Assembly: GCF_964355755.1 (NCBI RefSeq)
Contig: NC_092675.1
Location: 12,705,812-12,769,811, forward strand
Origin: Antedon mediterranea
Taxonomy: Eukaryota > Animalia > Echinodermata
Direction: 5' to 3'
Length of the DNA stretch: 64,000 nucleotides
Of this stretch, positions 1-12,999 are shown one piece after another. Positions within the stretch are counted from its first letter, which is position 1, and each line of letters opens with the position of its first letter. The translations under genes were made by a program, and so were the position numbers. The notes below the pieces were generated by a model. That model was not told the DNA's origin. It saw nothing but the letters and a program-made list of their open reading frames with translations, and did not search any database.

Positions 1-88
1 ATTTTGTGATTTTCGAAAAAACTTGTTAACATAAAAACACCAAAGTACTTAGAATAGCTTCAAATCGCATTTGGAGACGTTTTAGACC
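1..88 (+). repeat. Exemplar monomer A (88 bp), the dominant unit
   Basis: attttgtgattttcgaaaaaacttgttaacataaaaacaccaaagt(a/g)cttagaatagcttcaaatcgcatttggagacgttttagacc. The consensus has 28/88 G+C and contains TTCGAA and GTTAAC palindromes. Confidence 0.97.
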
Positions 89-340
89 ATTTTATGCATT
101 TCGATGAAACTTGGTTACACAAAAACATCAATGTGCTTAAAATCACATTATAATCCGTTTTAGACCATTTTGAGCATTTCGATAACACTTTTCACACAAA
201 AACATCAAAGAGCACAAAATAGCTTAATATCGTATTTAAAAACGTTTTAGACCATTTTGAGCATTTAGACAAAACTTTTTCACACAAAACACCAAAGTGT
301 TTAGAATAGCTTCAAATCGCATTTGGAGACGTTTTAGACC
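89..340 (+). repeat. Exemplar 252-bp B-C-D cassette (B 89-166, 78 bp; C 167-253, 87 bp; D 254-340, 87 bp)
   Basis: B carries aaaatcacattataa, C carries gagcacaaaatagcttaatatcgtatttaaaaacg, and D has a C-like head with an A-type tail. The trio recurs in this order throughout, sometimes in tandem (the gagaattt marker at 6973 and 7225 is 252 bp apart). Confidence 0.95.
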
Positions 341-3300
341 ATTTTGTGATTTTCGAAAAAACTTGTTAACATAAAAACACCAAAGTGCTTCAAATCGCAT
401 TTGAGACATTTTAGACCAATTTGTGATTTTTGAAAAAACTTGTTAACATAAAAACACCAAAGTGCTTACAATAGCTTCAAATCGTATTTGGAGACGTTTT
501 AGACCATTTTGTGATTTTCGAAAAAACTTGTTAACATAAAAACACCAAAGTACTTAGAATAGCTTCAAATCGCATTTGGAGACGTTTTAGACCATTTTAT
601 GCATTTCGATGAAACTTGGTTACACAAAAACATCAAAGTGCTTAAAATCACATTATAATCCGTTTTAGACCATTTTGAGCATTTCGATAACACTTTTCAC
701 ACAAAAACATCAAAGAGCACAAAATAGCTTAATATCGTATTTAAAAACTTTTTAGACCATTTTGAGCATTTCGACAAAACTTTTTCACACAAAACACCAA
801 AGTGCTTAGAATAGCTTCAAATCGCATTTGGAGACGTTTTAGACCATTTTGTGATTTTCGAAAAAAATTGTTAACATAAAAACATCAAAGTGTACAGAAT
901 AGCTTCAAATCGCATTTGGAGACCGTTTTAGGCCAATTTGTGATTTTCGAAAAAACTTGTTAACCTAAAAATACCAAAGTGTTTAGAATAGCTTCAAATC
1001 GCATTTGGAGACGTTTTAGACCAATTTGTGATTTTCGAAAAAACTTATCAACATAAAAACACCAAAGGGTTTAGAATATCTTCAAATCGCATTTGGAGAC
1101 GTTTTAGACCATTTTGTGATTTTCGAAAAAACTTGTTAACATAAAAACACCAAAGTGCTTAGAATAGCTTCAAATCGCATTTGGAGACGTTTTAGACCAA
1201 TTTGTGATTTTCGAAAAAACTTATCAACATAAAAACACCAAAGGGTTTAGAATAGCTTCATTTGGAGACGTTTTAGACCATTTTGTGATTTTGAAAAAAC
1301 TTGTTAACATAAAAACACCAAAGTGCTTAGAATAGCTTCAAATCGCATTTGGAGACGTTTTAGACCATTTTGTGATTTTCGAAAAAACTTGTTAACATAA
1401 AAACACCAAAGTGCTTAGAATAGCTTCAAATCGTATTTGGAGACGTTTTAGACCATTTTGAGATTTTCGAAAAAACTTGGTTACACAAAAACATCAAAGT
1501 GCTTAAAGTCACATTATAAACCGTTTTAGACCATTTTGAGCATTTCGATAACACTTTTCACACAAAAACATCAAAGAGCACAAAATAGCTTAATATCGTA
1601 TTTAAAAACGTTTTAGACCATTTTGAGCATTTCGACAAAACTTTTTCACACAAAACACCAAAGTGCTTAGAATAGCTTCAAATCACATTTGGAGACGTTT
1701 TAGACCATTTTGTGATTTTCGAAAAAACTTGTTAACATAAAAACACGAAAGTGCATAGAATAGCTTCAAATCGCCTTTGGAAACGTTTTAGACCATTTTG
1801 TGATTTTCAAAAAAAAACTTTTTAACATAAAAACACGAAAGTGCTTAGAATCACATTATAAACCGTTTTAGACCATTTTGAGCATTTCGATAACAATTTT
1901 CACACAAAAACATCAAAGAGCACAAAATAGCTTAATATCGTATTTAAAAATGTTTTAGACCATTTTGAGCATTTAGATAAAACTTTTTCACACAAAACAC
2001 CAAAGTGCTTAGAATAGCTTCAAATCGCATTTGGAGACGTTTTAGACCATTTTGTGATTTTTGAAAAAACTTGTTAACATAAAAACACCAAAGTGCTTAG
2101 AATAGCTTCAAATCACATTTGGAGATGTTTTAGACCATTTTGTGATTTTTGAAAAAACTTGTTAACATAAAAACACGAAAGTGCTTAGAATAGCTTCAAA
2201 TCGCATTTGGAAACGTTTTAGACCATTTTGTGATTTTCGAAAAAGATTGTTAACATAAAAACACCAATGTGCTTAGAATCACATTATAAACCGTTTTAGA
2301 CCATTTTGAGCATTTCGATAACAATTTTCACACAAAAACATCAAAGAGCACAAAATAGCTTAATATCGTATTTATAAATGTTTTAGACCATTTTGAGCAT
2401 TTCGACAAAACTTTTTCACACAAAACACCAAAGTGCTTAGAATAGCTTCAAATCGCATTTGGAGACGTTTTTTATACCATTTTGTGATTTCTATGAAACT
2501 TGATTACACAAAAACATCAAAGTGCTTAAAATCACATTATAAACCGTTTTAGACCATTTTGAGCATTTCGATAACACTTTTCACACAAAAACATCAAAGA
2601 GCACAAAATAGCTTAATATCGTATTTAAAAACGTTTTAGACCATTTTGAGCATTTAGACAAAACTTTTTCACACAAAACACCAAAGTGCTTAGAATAGCT
2701 TCAAATCGCATTTGGAGACGTTTTAGAACATTTTGTGTTTTTCGAAAAAAACTGTTAACATAAAAACACCAAAGTGCTTAGAATAGCTTCAAATCGCATT
2801 TGGAGACGTTTTAGAACATTTTGTGTTCTTCGAAAAAACCTGTTAACATAAAAACTCCAAAGTGCTTAGAATAGCTTCAAATCGCATTTGGAGACGTTTT
2901 AGACCATTTTGTGATTTTTGAAAAAACTTGTTAACATAAAAACACCAAAGTGCTTAGAATAGCTTCAAATCACATTTGGAGACGTTTTAGACCATTTTGT
3001 GATTTTCGAAAAAACTTGTTAACATAAAAACACGAAAGTGCTTAGAATAGCTTCAAATCGCATTTGGAAACGTTTTAGACCATTTTGTGATTTTCGAAAA
3101 AGATTGTTAACATAAAAACACCAAAGTGCTTAGAATCACAATATAAACCGTTTTAGACCATTTTGAGCATTTCGATAACAATTTTCACACAAAAACATCA
3201 AAGAGCACAAAATAGCTTAATATCGTATTTAAAAATGTTTTAGACCATTTTGAGCATTTAGATAAAACTTTTTCACACAAAACACCAAAGTGCTTAGAAT

Positions 3301-4199
3301 AGCTTCAAATCGCATTTGGAGACGGTTTAGACCATTTTGTGATTTTGAAAAAACTTGTTAACATAAAAACACCAAAGTGCTTAGAATAGCTTCAAATCGC
3401 ATTTGGAGACGTTTTAGACCATTTTGTGATTTTCGAAAAAACTTGTTAACATAAAAACACCAAAGTGCTTAGAATAGCTTCAAATCGTATTTGGAGACGT
3501 TTTAGACCATTTTGAGATTTTCGAAAAAACTTGGTTACACAAAAACATCAAAGTGCTTAAAATCACATTATAAACCGTTTTAGACCATTTTGAACATTTC
3601 GATAACACTTTTCACACAAAAACATCAAAGAGCACAAAATAGCTTAATATCGTATTTAAAAACGTTTTAGACCATTTTGAGCATTTCGACAAAACTTTTT
3701 CACACAAAACACCAAAGTGCTTAGAATAGCTTCAAATCGCATTTGGAGACGTTTTAGACCAATTTGTGCATTTCGATGAAACTTGATTACACAAAAACAT
3801 CAACGTGCTTAAAATCACATTATAAACCGTTTTAGACCATTTTGAGCATTTCGATAACACTTTTCACACAAAAACATCAAAGAGCACAAAATAGCTTAAT
3901 ATCGTATTTAAAAACGTTTTAGACCATTTTGAGCATTTAGACAAAACTTTTTCACACAAAACACCAAAGTGCTTAGAATAGCTTCAAATCGGATTTGGAG
4001 ACGTTTTAGACCATTTTGTGCATTTCGATGAAACTTGGTTACACAAAAACATCAAAGTGCTTAAAATCACATTATAAATCGTTTTAGACCATTTTGAGCA
4101 TTTCGACAAAACTTTTTCACACAAAATACCAAAGGGCTTAGAATAGCTTCAAATCGCATTTGGAGACGTTTTAGACCATTTTGTGATTTTCGAAAAAAC

Positions 4200-7100
4200 T
4201 TTTTAACATAAAAACACCAAAGTGCTTAGAATAGCTTCAAATCGCATTTGGAGACGTTTTAGACCATTTTGTGATTTTCGAAAAAACTTGTTAACATAAA
4301 AACACGAAAGTGCTTAGAATAGCTTCAAATCGCATTTGGAAACGTTTTAGACCATTTTGTGATTTTCGAAAAAAATTGTTAACATAAAAACACCAAAGTG
4401 CTTAGAATCACATTATAAACCGTTTTAGACCATTTTGAGCATTTCGATAACAATTTTCACACAAAAACATCAAAGAGCACAAAATAGCTTAATATCGTAT
4501 TTAAAAATGTTTTAGACCATTTTGAGCATTTAGATAAAACTTTTTCACACAAAACACCAAAGTGCTTAGAATAGCTTCAAATCGCATTTGGAGACGTTTT
4601 AGACCATTTTGTGATTTTTGAAAAAACTTGTTAACATAAAAACACCAAAGTGTTAGAATAGCTTCAAATCACATTTGGAGACGTTTCAGACCATTTTGTG
4701 ATTTTCGAAAAAACTTGTTAACATAAAAACACGAAAGTGCTTAGAATAGCTTCAAATCGAATTTGGAAACGTTTTAGACCATTTTGTGATTTTCGAAAAA
4801 ACTTGTTAACATAAAAACACGAAAGTGCTTAGAATAGCTTCAAATCGCATTTGGAAACGTTTTAGACCATTTTGTGATTTTCGAAAAAAATTGTTAACAT
4901 AAAAACACCAAAGTGTTTAGAATAGCTTCAAATCGCATTTGGAGACGTTTTAGACCAATTTGTGATTTTCGAAAAAACTTATCAACATAAAAACACCAAA
5001 TCGCATTTGGAGACGTTTTAGACCATTTTGTGATTTTGAAAAAACTTGTTAACATAAAAACACCAAAGTGCTTAGAATAGCTTCAAATCGCATTTGGAGA
5101 CGTTTTAGACCATTTTGTGATTTTCGAAAAAACTTGTTAACATAAAAACACCAAAGTGCTTAGAATAGCTTCAAATCGTATTTGGAGACGTTTTAGACCA
5201 TTTTGAGATTTTCGAAAAAACTTGGTTACACAAAAACATCAAAGTGCTTAAAATCACATTATAAACCGTTTTAGACCATTTTGAGAATTTCGATAACACT
5301 TTTCACACAAAAACATCAAAGAGCACAAAATAGCTTAATATCGTATTTAAAAACGTTTTAGACCATTTTGAGCATTTCGACAAAACTTTTTCACACAAAA
5401 CACCAAAGTGCTTAGAATAGCTTCAAATCGCATTTGGAGACGTTTTAGACCAATTTGTGCATTTCGATGAAACTTGATTACACAAAAACATCAAAGTTCT
5501 TAAAATCACATTATAAACCGTTTTAGACCATTTTGAGCATTTCGATAACACTTTTCACACAAAAACATCAAAGAGCACAAAATAGCTTAATATCGTATTT
5601 AAAAACGTTTTAGACCATTTTGAGCATTTAGACAAAACTTTTTCACACAAAACACCAAAGTGCTTAGAATAGCTTCAAATCGCATTTGGAGACGTTTTAG
5701 ACCATTTTGTGCATTTCGATGAAACTTGGTTACACAAAAACATCAAAGTGCTTAAAATCACATTATAAATCGTTTTAGACCATTTTGAGCATTTCGACAA
5801 ACTTTTTCACACAAAATACCAAAGTGCTTAGAATAGCTTCAAATCGCATTTGGAGACGTTTTAGACCATTTTGTGATTTTCGAAAAAACTTTTTAACATA
5901 AAAACACCAAAGTGCTTAGAATAGCTTCAAATCACATTTGGAGACATTTTAGACCATTTTGTGATTTTCGAAAAAACTTGTTAACATAAAAACACGAAAG
6001 TGCTTAGAATAGCTTCAAATCGCATTTGGAAACGTTTTAGACCATTTTGTGATTTTCGAAAAAAATTGTTAACATAAAAACACCAAAGTGCTTAGAATTA
6101 CATTATAAACCGTTTTAGACCATTTTGAGCATTTCGATAACAATTTTCACACAAAAACATCAAAGAGCACAAAATAGCTTAATATCGTATTTAAAAACTT
6201 TTTAGACCATTTTGAGCATTTCGACAAAACTTTTTCACACAAAACACCAAAGTGCTTAGAATAGCTTCAAATCGCATTTGGAGACGTTTTAGACCATTTT
6301 GTGATTTTTGAAAAAACTTGTTAACATAAAAACACCAAAGTGTTAGAATAGCTTCAAATCACATTTGGAGACGTTTCAGACCATTTTGTGATTTTCGAAA
6401 AAACTTGTTAACATAAAAACACGAAAGTGCTTAGAATAGCTTCAAATCGAATTTGGAAACGTTTTAGACCATTTTGTGATTTTCGAAAAAACTTGTTAAC
6501 ATAAAAACACGAAAGTGCTTAGAATAGCTTCAAATCGCATTTGGAAACGTTTTAGACCATTTTGTGATTTTCGAAAAAAATTGTTAACATAAAAACACCA
6601 AAGTGTTTAGAATAGCTTCAAATCGCATTTGGAGACGTTTTAGACCAATTTGTGATTTTCGAAAAAACTTATCAACATAAAAACACCAAATCGCATTTGG
6701 AGACGTTTTAGACCATTTTGTGATTTTGAAAAAACTTGTTAACATAAAAACACCAAAGTGCTTAGAATAGCTTCAAATCGCATTTGGAGACGTTTTAGAC
6801 CATTTTGTGATTTTCGAAAAAACTTGTTAACATAAAAACACCAAAGTGCTTAGAATAGCTTCAAATCGTATTTGGAGACGTTTTAGACCATTTTGAGATT
6901 TTCGAAAAAACTTGGTTACACAAAAACATCAAAGTGCTTAAAATCACATTATAAACCGTTTTAGACCATTTTGAGAATTTCGATAACACTTTTCACACAA
7001 AAACATCAAAGAGCACAAAATAGCTTAATATCGTATTTAAAAACGTTTTAGACCATTTTGAGCATTTCGACAAAACTTTTTCACACAAAACACCAAAGTG

Positions 7101-9700
7101 CTTAGAATAGCTTCAAATCGCATTTGGAGACGTTTTAGACCAATTTGTGCATTTCGATGAAACTTGATTACACAAAAACATCAAAGTGCTTAAAATCACA
7201 TTATAAACCGTTTTAGACCATTTTGAGAATTTCGATAACACTTTTCACACAAAAACATCAAAGAGCACAAAATAGCTTAATATCGTATTTAAAAACGTTT
7301 TAGACCATTTTGAGCATTTCGACAAAACTTTTTCACACAAAACACCAAAGTGCTTAGAATAGCTTCAAATCGCATTTGGAGACGTTTTAGACCAATTTGT
7401 GCATTTCGATGAAACTTGATTACACAAAAACATCAAAGTGCTTAAAATCACATTATAAACCGTTTTAGACCATTTTGAGCATTTCGATAACACTTTTCAC
7501 ACAAAAACATCAAAGAGCACAAAATAGCTTAATATCGTATTTAAAAACGTTTTAGACCATTTTGAGCATTTAGACAAAACTTTTTCACACAAAACACCAA
7601 AGTGCTTAGAATAGCTTCAAATCGCATTTGGAGACGTTTTAGACCATTTTGTGCATTTCGATGAAACTTGGTTACACAAAAACATCAAAGTGCTTAAAAT
7701 CACATTATAAATCGTTTTAGACCATTTTGAGCATTTCGACAAACTTTTTCACACAAAATACCAAAGTGCTTAGAATAGCTTCAAATCGCATTTGGAGACG
7801 TTTTAGACCATTTTGTGATTTTCGAAAAAACTTTTTAACATAAAAACACCAAAGTGCTTAGAATAGCTTCAAATCACATTTGGAGACATTTTAGACCATT
7901 TTGTGATTTTCGAAAAAACTTGTTAACATAAAAACACGAAAGTGCTTAGAATAGCTTCAAATCGCATTTGGAAACGTTTTAGACCATTTTGTGATTTTCG
8001 AAAAAAATTGTTAACATAAAAACACCAAAGTGCTTAGAATCACATTATAAACCGTTTTAGACCATTTTGAGCATTTCGATAACAATTTTCACACAAAAAC
8101 ATCAAAGAGCACAAAATAGCTTAATATCGTATTTAAAAACTTTTTAGACCATTTTGAGCATTTCGACAAAACTTTTTCACACAAAACACCAAAGTGCTTA
8201 GAATAGCTTCAAATCGCATTTGGAGACGTTTTAGACCATTTTGTGATTTTTGAAAAAACTTGTTAACATAAAAACACCAAAGTGTTAGAATAGCTTCAAA
8301 TCACATTTGGAGACGTTTCAGACCATTTTGTGATTTTCGAAAAAACTTGTTAACATAAAAACACGAAAGTGCTTAGAATAGCTTCAAATCGAATTTGGAA
8401 ACGTTTTAGACCATTTTGTGATTTTCGAAAAAACTTGTTAACATAAAAACACGAAAGTGCTTAGAATAGCTTCAAATCGCATTTGGAAACGTTTTAGACC
8501 ATTTTGTGATTTTCGAAAAAAATTGTTAACATAAAAACACCAAAGTGTTTAGAATAGCTTCAAATCGCATTTGGAGACGTTTTAGACCAATTTGTGATTT
8601 TCGAAAAAACTTATCAACATAAAAACACCAAATCGCATTTGGAGACGTTTTAGACCATCAAAGTGCTTAAAATCACATTATAAACCGTTTTAGACCATTT
8701 TGAGAATTTCGATAACACTTTTCACACAAAAACATCAAAGAGCACAAAATAGCTTAATATCGTATTTAAAAACGTTTTAGACCATTTTGAGCATTTCGAC
8801 AAAACTTTTTCACACAAAACACCAAAGTGCTTAGAATAGCTTCAAATCGCATTTGGAGACGTTTTAGACCAATTTGTGCATTTCGATGAAACTTGATTAC
8901 ACAAAAACATCAAAGTGCTTAAAATCACATTATAAACCGTTTTAGACCATTTTGAGAATTTCGATAACACTTTTCACACAAAAACATCAAAGAGCACAAA
9001 ATAGCTTAATATCGTATTTAAAAACGTTTTAGACCATTTTGAGCATTTCGACAAAACTTTTTCACACAAAACACCAAAGTGCTTAGAATAGCTTCAAATC
9101 GCATTTGGAGACGTTTTAGACCAATTTGTGCATTTCGATGAAACTTGATTACACAAAAACATCAAAGTGCTTAAAATCACATTATAAACCGTTTTAGACC
9201 ATTTTGAGCATTTCGATAACACTTTTCACACAAAAACATCAAAGAGCCCAAAATAGCTTAATATCGTATTTAAAAACGTTTTAGACCATTTTGAGCATTT
9301 AGACAAAACTTTTTCACACAAAACACCAAAGTGCTTAGAATAGCTTCAAATCGCATTTGGAGACGTTTTAGACCATTTTGTGCATTTCGATGAAACTTGG
9401 TTACACAAAAACATCAAAGTGCTTAAAATCACATTATAAATCGTTTTAGACCATTTTGAGCATTTCGACAAAACTTTTTCACACAAAATACCAAAGTGCT
9501 TAGAATAGCTTCAAATCGCATTTGGAGACGTTTTAGACCATTTTGTGATTTTCGAAAAAACTTTTTAACATAAAAACACCAAAGTGCTTAGAATAGCTTC
9601 AAATCACATTTGGAGACATTTTAGACCATTTTGTGATTTTCGAAAAAACTTGTTAACATAAAAACACGAAAGTGCTTAGAATAGCTTCAAATCGCATTTG
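4200..9700 (+). repeat. Three tandem copies of a 1.7-1.9 kb higher-order repeat (boundaries approximate)
   Basis: The private markers aaagtgttagaa (1-bp deletion), gtttcagacc, tcgaatttgg and the 20-bp deletion recur together. The first marker lies at 4651, 6341 and 8283 (spacings 1690 and 1942 = 1690+252). Confidence 0.88.
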
Positions 9701-12700
9701 GAAACGTTTTAGACCATTTTGTGATTTTCGAAAAAACTTGTTAACATAAAAACACGAAAGTGCTTAGAATCACATTATAAACCGTTTTAGACCATTTTGA
9801 GCATTTCGATAACAATTTTCACACAAAAACATCAAAGAGCACAAAATAGCTTAATATCGTATTTAAAAATGTTTTAGACCATTTTGAGCATTTAGATAAA
9901 ACTTTTTCACACAAAACACCAAAGTGCTTAGAATAGCTTCAAATCGCATTTGGAGACGTTTTAGACCATTTTGTGATTTTTGAAAAAACTTGTTAACATA
10001 AAAACACGAAAGTGCTTAGAATAGCTTCAAATCGCATTTGGAAACGTTTTAGACCATTTTGTGATTTTCGAAAAAAATTGTTAACATAAAAACACCAAAG
10101 TGTTTAGAATAGCTTCAAATCGCATTTGGAGACGTTTTAGACCAATTTGTGATTTTCGAAAAAACTTATCAACATAAAAACACCAAAGGGTTTAGAATAG
10201 CTTCAAATCGCATTTGGAGACGTTTTAGACCATTTTGTGATTTTGAAAAAAATTGTTAACATAAAAACACCAAAGTGTTTAGAATAGCTTCAAATCACAT
10301 TTGGAGACGTTTTAGACCAATTTGTGATTTTCGAAAAAACTTATCAACATAAAAACACCAAAGGGTTTAGAATAGCTTCAAATCGCATTTGGAGACGTTT
10401 TAGACCATTTTGTGATTTTCGAAAAAACTTGTTAACATAAAAACACGAAAGTGCTTAGAATAGCTTCAAATCGCATTTGGAAACGTTTTAGACCATTTTG
10501 TGATTTTCGAAAAAACTTGTTAACATAAAAACATGAAAGTGCTTAGAATAGCTTCAAATCGTATTTGGAGACGTTTTAGACCATTTTGTGATTTTCGAAA
10601 AAACTTGTTAACATAAAAACACCAATGTGCTTAGAATAGCTTCAAATCGCATTTTGAGACGTTTTAGACCATTTTGTGCATTTCGATGAAACTTGGTTAC
10701 ACAAAAACATCAAAGTGCTTAAAATCACATTATAAACCATTTTAGACCATTTTGAGCATTTCGATAACACTTTTCACACAAAAACATCAAAGAGCACAAA
10801 ATAGCTTAATATCGTATTTAAAAACGTTTTAGACCATTTTGAGCATTTCGACAAAACTTTTTCACACAAAACACCAAAGTGCTTAGAATAGCTTCAAATC
10901 GCATTTGGAGACGTTTTAGACCATTTTGTGATTTTCGAAAAAACTTGTTAACATAAAAACATCAAAGTGTACAGAATAACTTCAAATCGCATTTGGAGAC
11001 CGTTTTAGGCCAATTTGTGATTTTCGAAAAAACTTGTTAACCTAAAAATACCAAAGTGTTTAGAATAGCTTCAAATCGCATTTGGAGACGTTTTAGACCA
11101 TTTTGTGATTTTCGAAAAAACTTGTTAACATAAAAACACCAAAGTGCTTCAAATCGCATTTGGAGACATTTTAGACCAATTTGTGATTTTTGAAAAAACT
11201 TGTTAACATAAAAACACCAAAGTGCTTACAATAGCTTCAAATCGTATTTGGAGACGTTTTAGACCATTTTGTGATTTTCGAAAAAACTTGTTAACATAAA
11301 AACACCAAAGTACTTAGAATAGCTTCAAATCGCATTTGGAGACGTTTTAGACCATTTTATGCATTTCGATGAAACTTGGTTACACAAAAACATCAATGTG
11401 CTTAAAATCACATTATAATCCGTTTTAGACCATTTTGAGCATTTCGATAACACTTTTCACACAAAAACATCAAAGAGCACAAAATAGCTTAATATCGTAT
11501 TTAAAAACGTTTTAGACCATTTTGAGCATTTAGATAAAATTTTTCACACAAAACACCAAAGTGCTTAGAATAGCTTCAAATCGCATTTGGAGACGGTTTA
11601 GACCATTTTGTGATTTTGAAAAAACTTGTTAACATAAAAACACCAAAGTGCTTAGAATAGCTTCAAATCGCATTTGGAGACGTTTTAGACCATTTTGTGA
11701 TTTTCGAAAAAACTTGTTAACATAAAAACACCAAAGTGCTTAGAATAGCTTCAAATCGTATTTGGAGACGTTTTAGACCATTTTGAGATTTTCGAAAAAA
11801 CTTGGTTACACAAAAACATCAAAGTGCTTAAAATCACATTATAAACCGTTTTAGACCATTTTGAACATTTCGATAACACTTTTCACACAAAAACATCAAA
11901 GAGCACTAAATAGCTTAATATCGTATTTAAAAACGTTTTAGACCATTTTGAGCATTTCGACAAAACTTTTTCACACAAAACACCAAAGTGCTTAGAATAG
12001 CTTCAAATCGCATTTGGAGACGTTTTAGACCAATTTGTGCATTTCGATGAAACTTGATTACACAAAAACATCAACGTGCTTAAAATCACATTATAAACCG
12101 TTTTAGACCATTTTGAGCATTTCGATAACACTTTTCACACAAAAACATCAAAGAGCACAAAATAGCTTAATATCGTATTTAAAAACGTTTTAGACCATTT
12201 TGAGCATTTAGACAAAACTTTTTCACACAAAACACCAAAGTGCTTAGAATAGCTTCAAATCGCATTTGGAGACGTTTTAGACCATTTTGTGCATTTCGAT
12301 GAAACTTGGTTACACAAAAACATCAAAGTGCTTAAAATCACATTATAAATCGTTTTAGACCATTTTGAGCATTTCGACAAAACTTTTTCACACAAAATAC
12401 CAAAGTGCTTAGAATAGCTTCAAATCGCATTTGGAGACGTTTTAGACCATTTTGTGATTTTCGAAAAAACTTTTTAACATAAAAACACCAAAGTGCTTAG
12501 AATAGCTTCAAATCACATTTGGAGACATTTTAGACCATTTTGTGATTTTCGAAAAAACTTGTTAACATAAAAACACGAAAGTGCTTAGAATAGCTTCAAA
12601 TCGCATTTGGAAACGTTTTAGACCATTTTGTGATTTTCGAAAAAACTTGTTAACATAAAAACACGAAAGTGCTTAGAATCACATTATAAACCGTTTTAGA

Positions 12701-12999
12701 CCATTTTGAGCATTTCGATAACAATTTTCACACAAAAACATCAAAGAGCACAAAATAGCTTAATATCGTATTTAAAAATGTTTTAGACCATTTTGAGCAT
12801 TTAGATAAAACTTTTTCACACAAAACACCAAAGTGCTTAGAATAGCTTCAAATCGCATTTGGAGACGTTTTAGACCATTTTGTGATTTTCGAAAAAACTT
12901 GTTAACATAAAAACACGAAAGTGCTTAGAATAGCTTCAAATCGCATTTGGAAACGTTTTAGACCATTTTGTGATTTTCGAAAAAAATTGTTAACATAAA

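Noticed and set aside
140-245. TATA-like (cattataaa/tataat) motifs and hairpin-plus-T-run terminator-like motifs
   Set aside because: These are expected by chance in AT-rich repeats, and there is no associated transcription unit.
910-935. Resemblance of atttggagaccgttttaggcc to a primate alpha-satellite segment
   Set aside because: It is a short imperfect match in one variant only. The monomer length and the remaining sequence do not fit 171-bp alphoid DNA.
1805-1820. A9 run replacing gaaaaaa; likewise T6/T7 runs at about 2468, 16640 and 17498
   Set aside because: These are homopolymer slippage or sequencing error, not poly(A) tails. There is no target-site duplication or inserted sequence.
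2200-2220. CENP-B-box-like ttggaaacg
   Set aside because: It shares TTGGAAACG with the human box but only 3 of the 9 essential positions of nTTCGnnnnAnnCGGGn.
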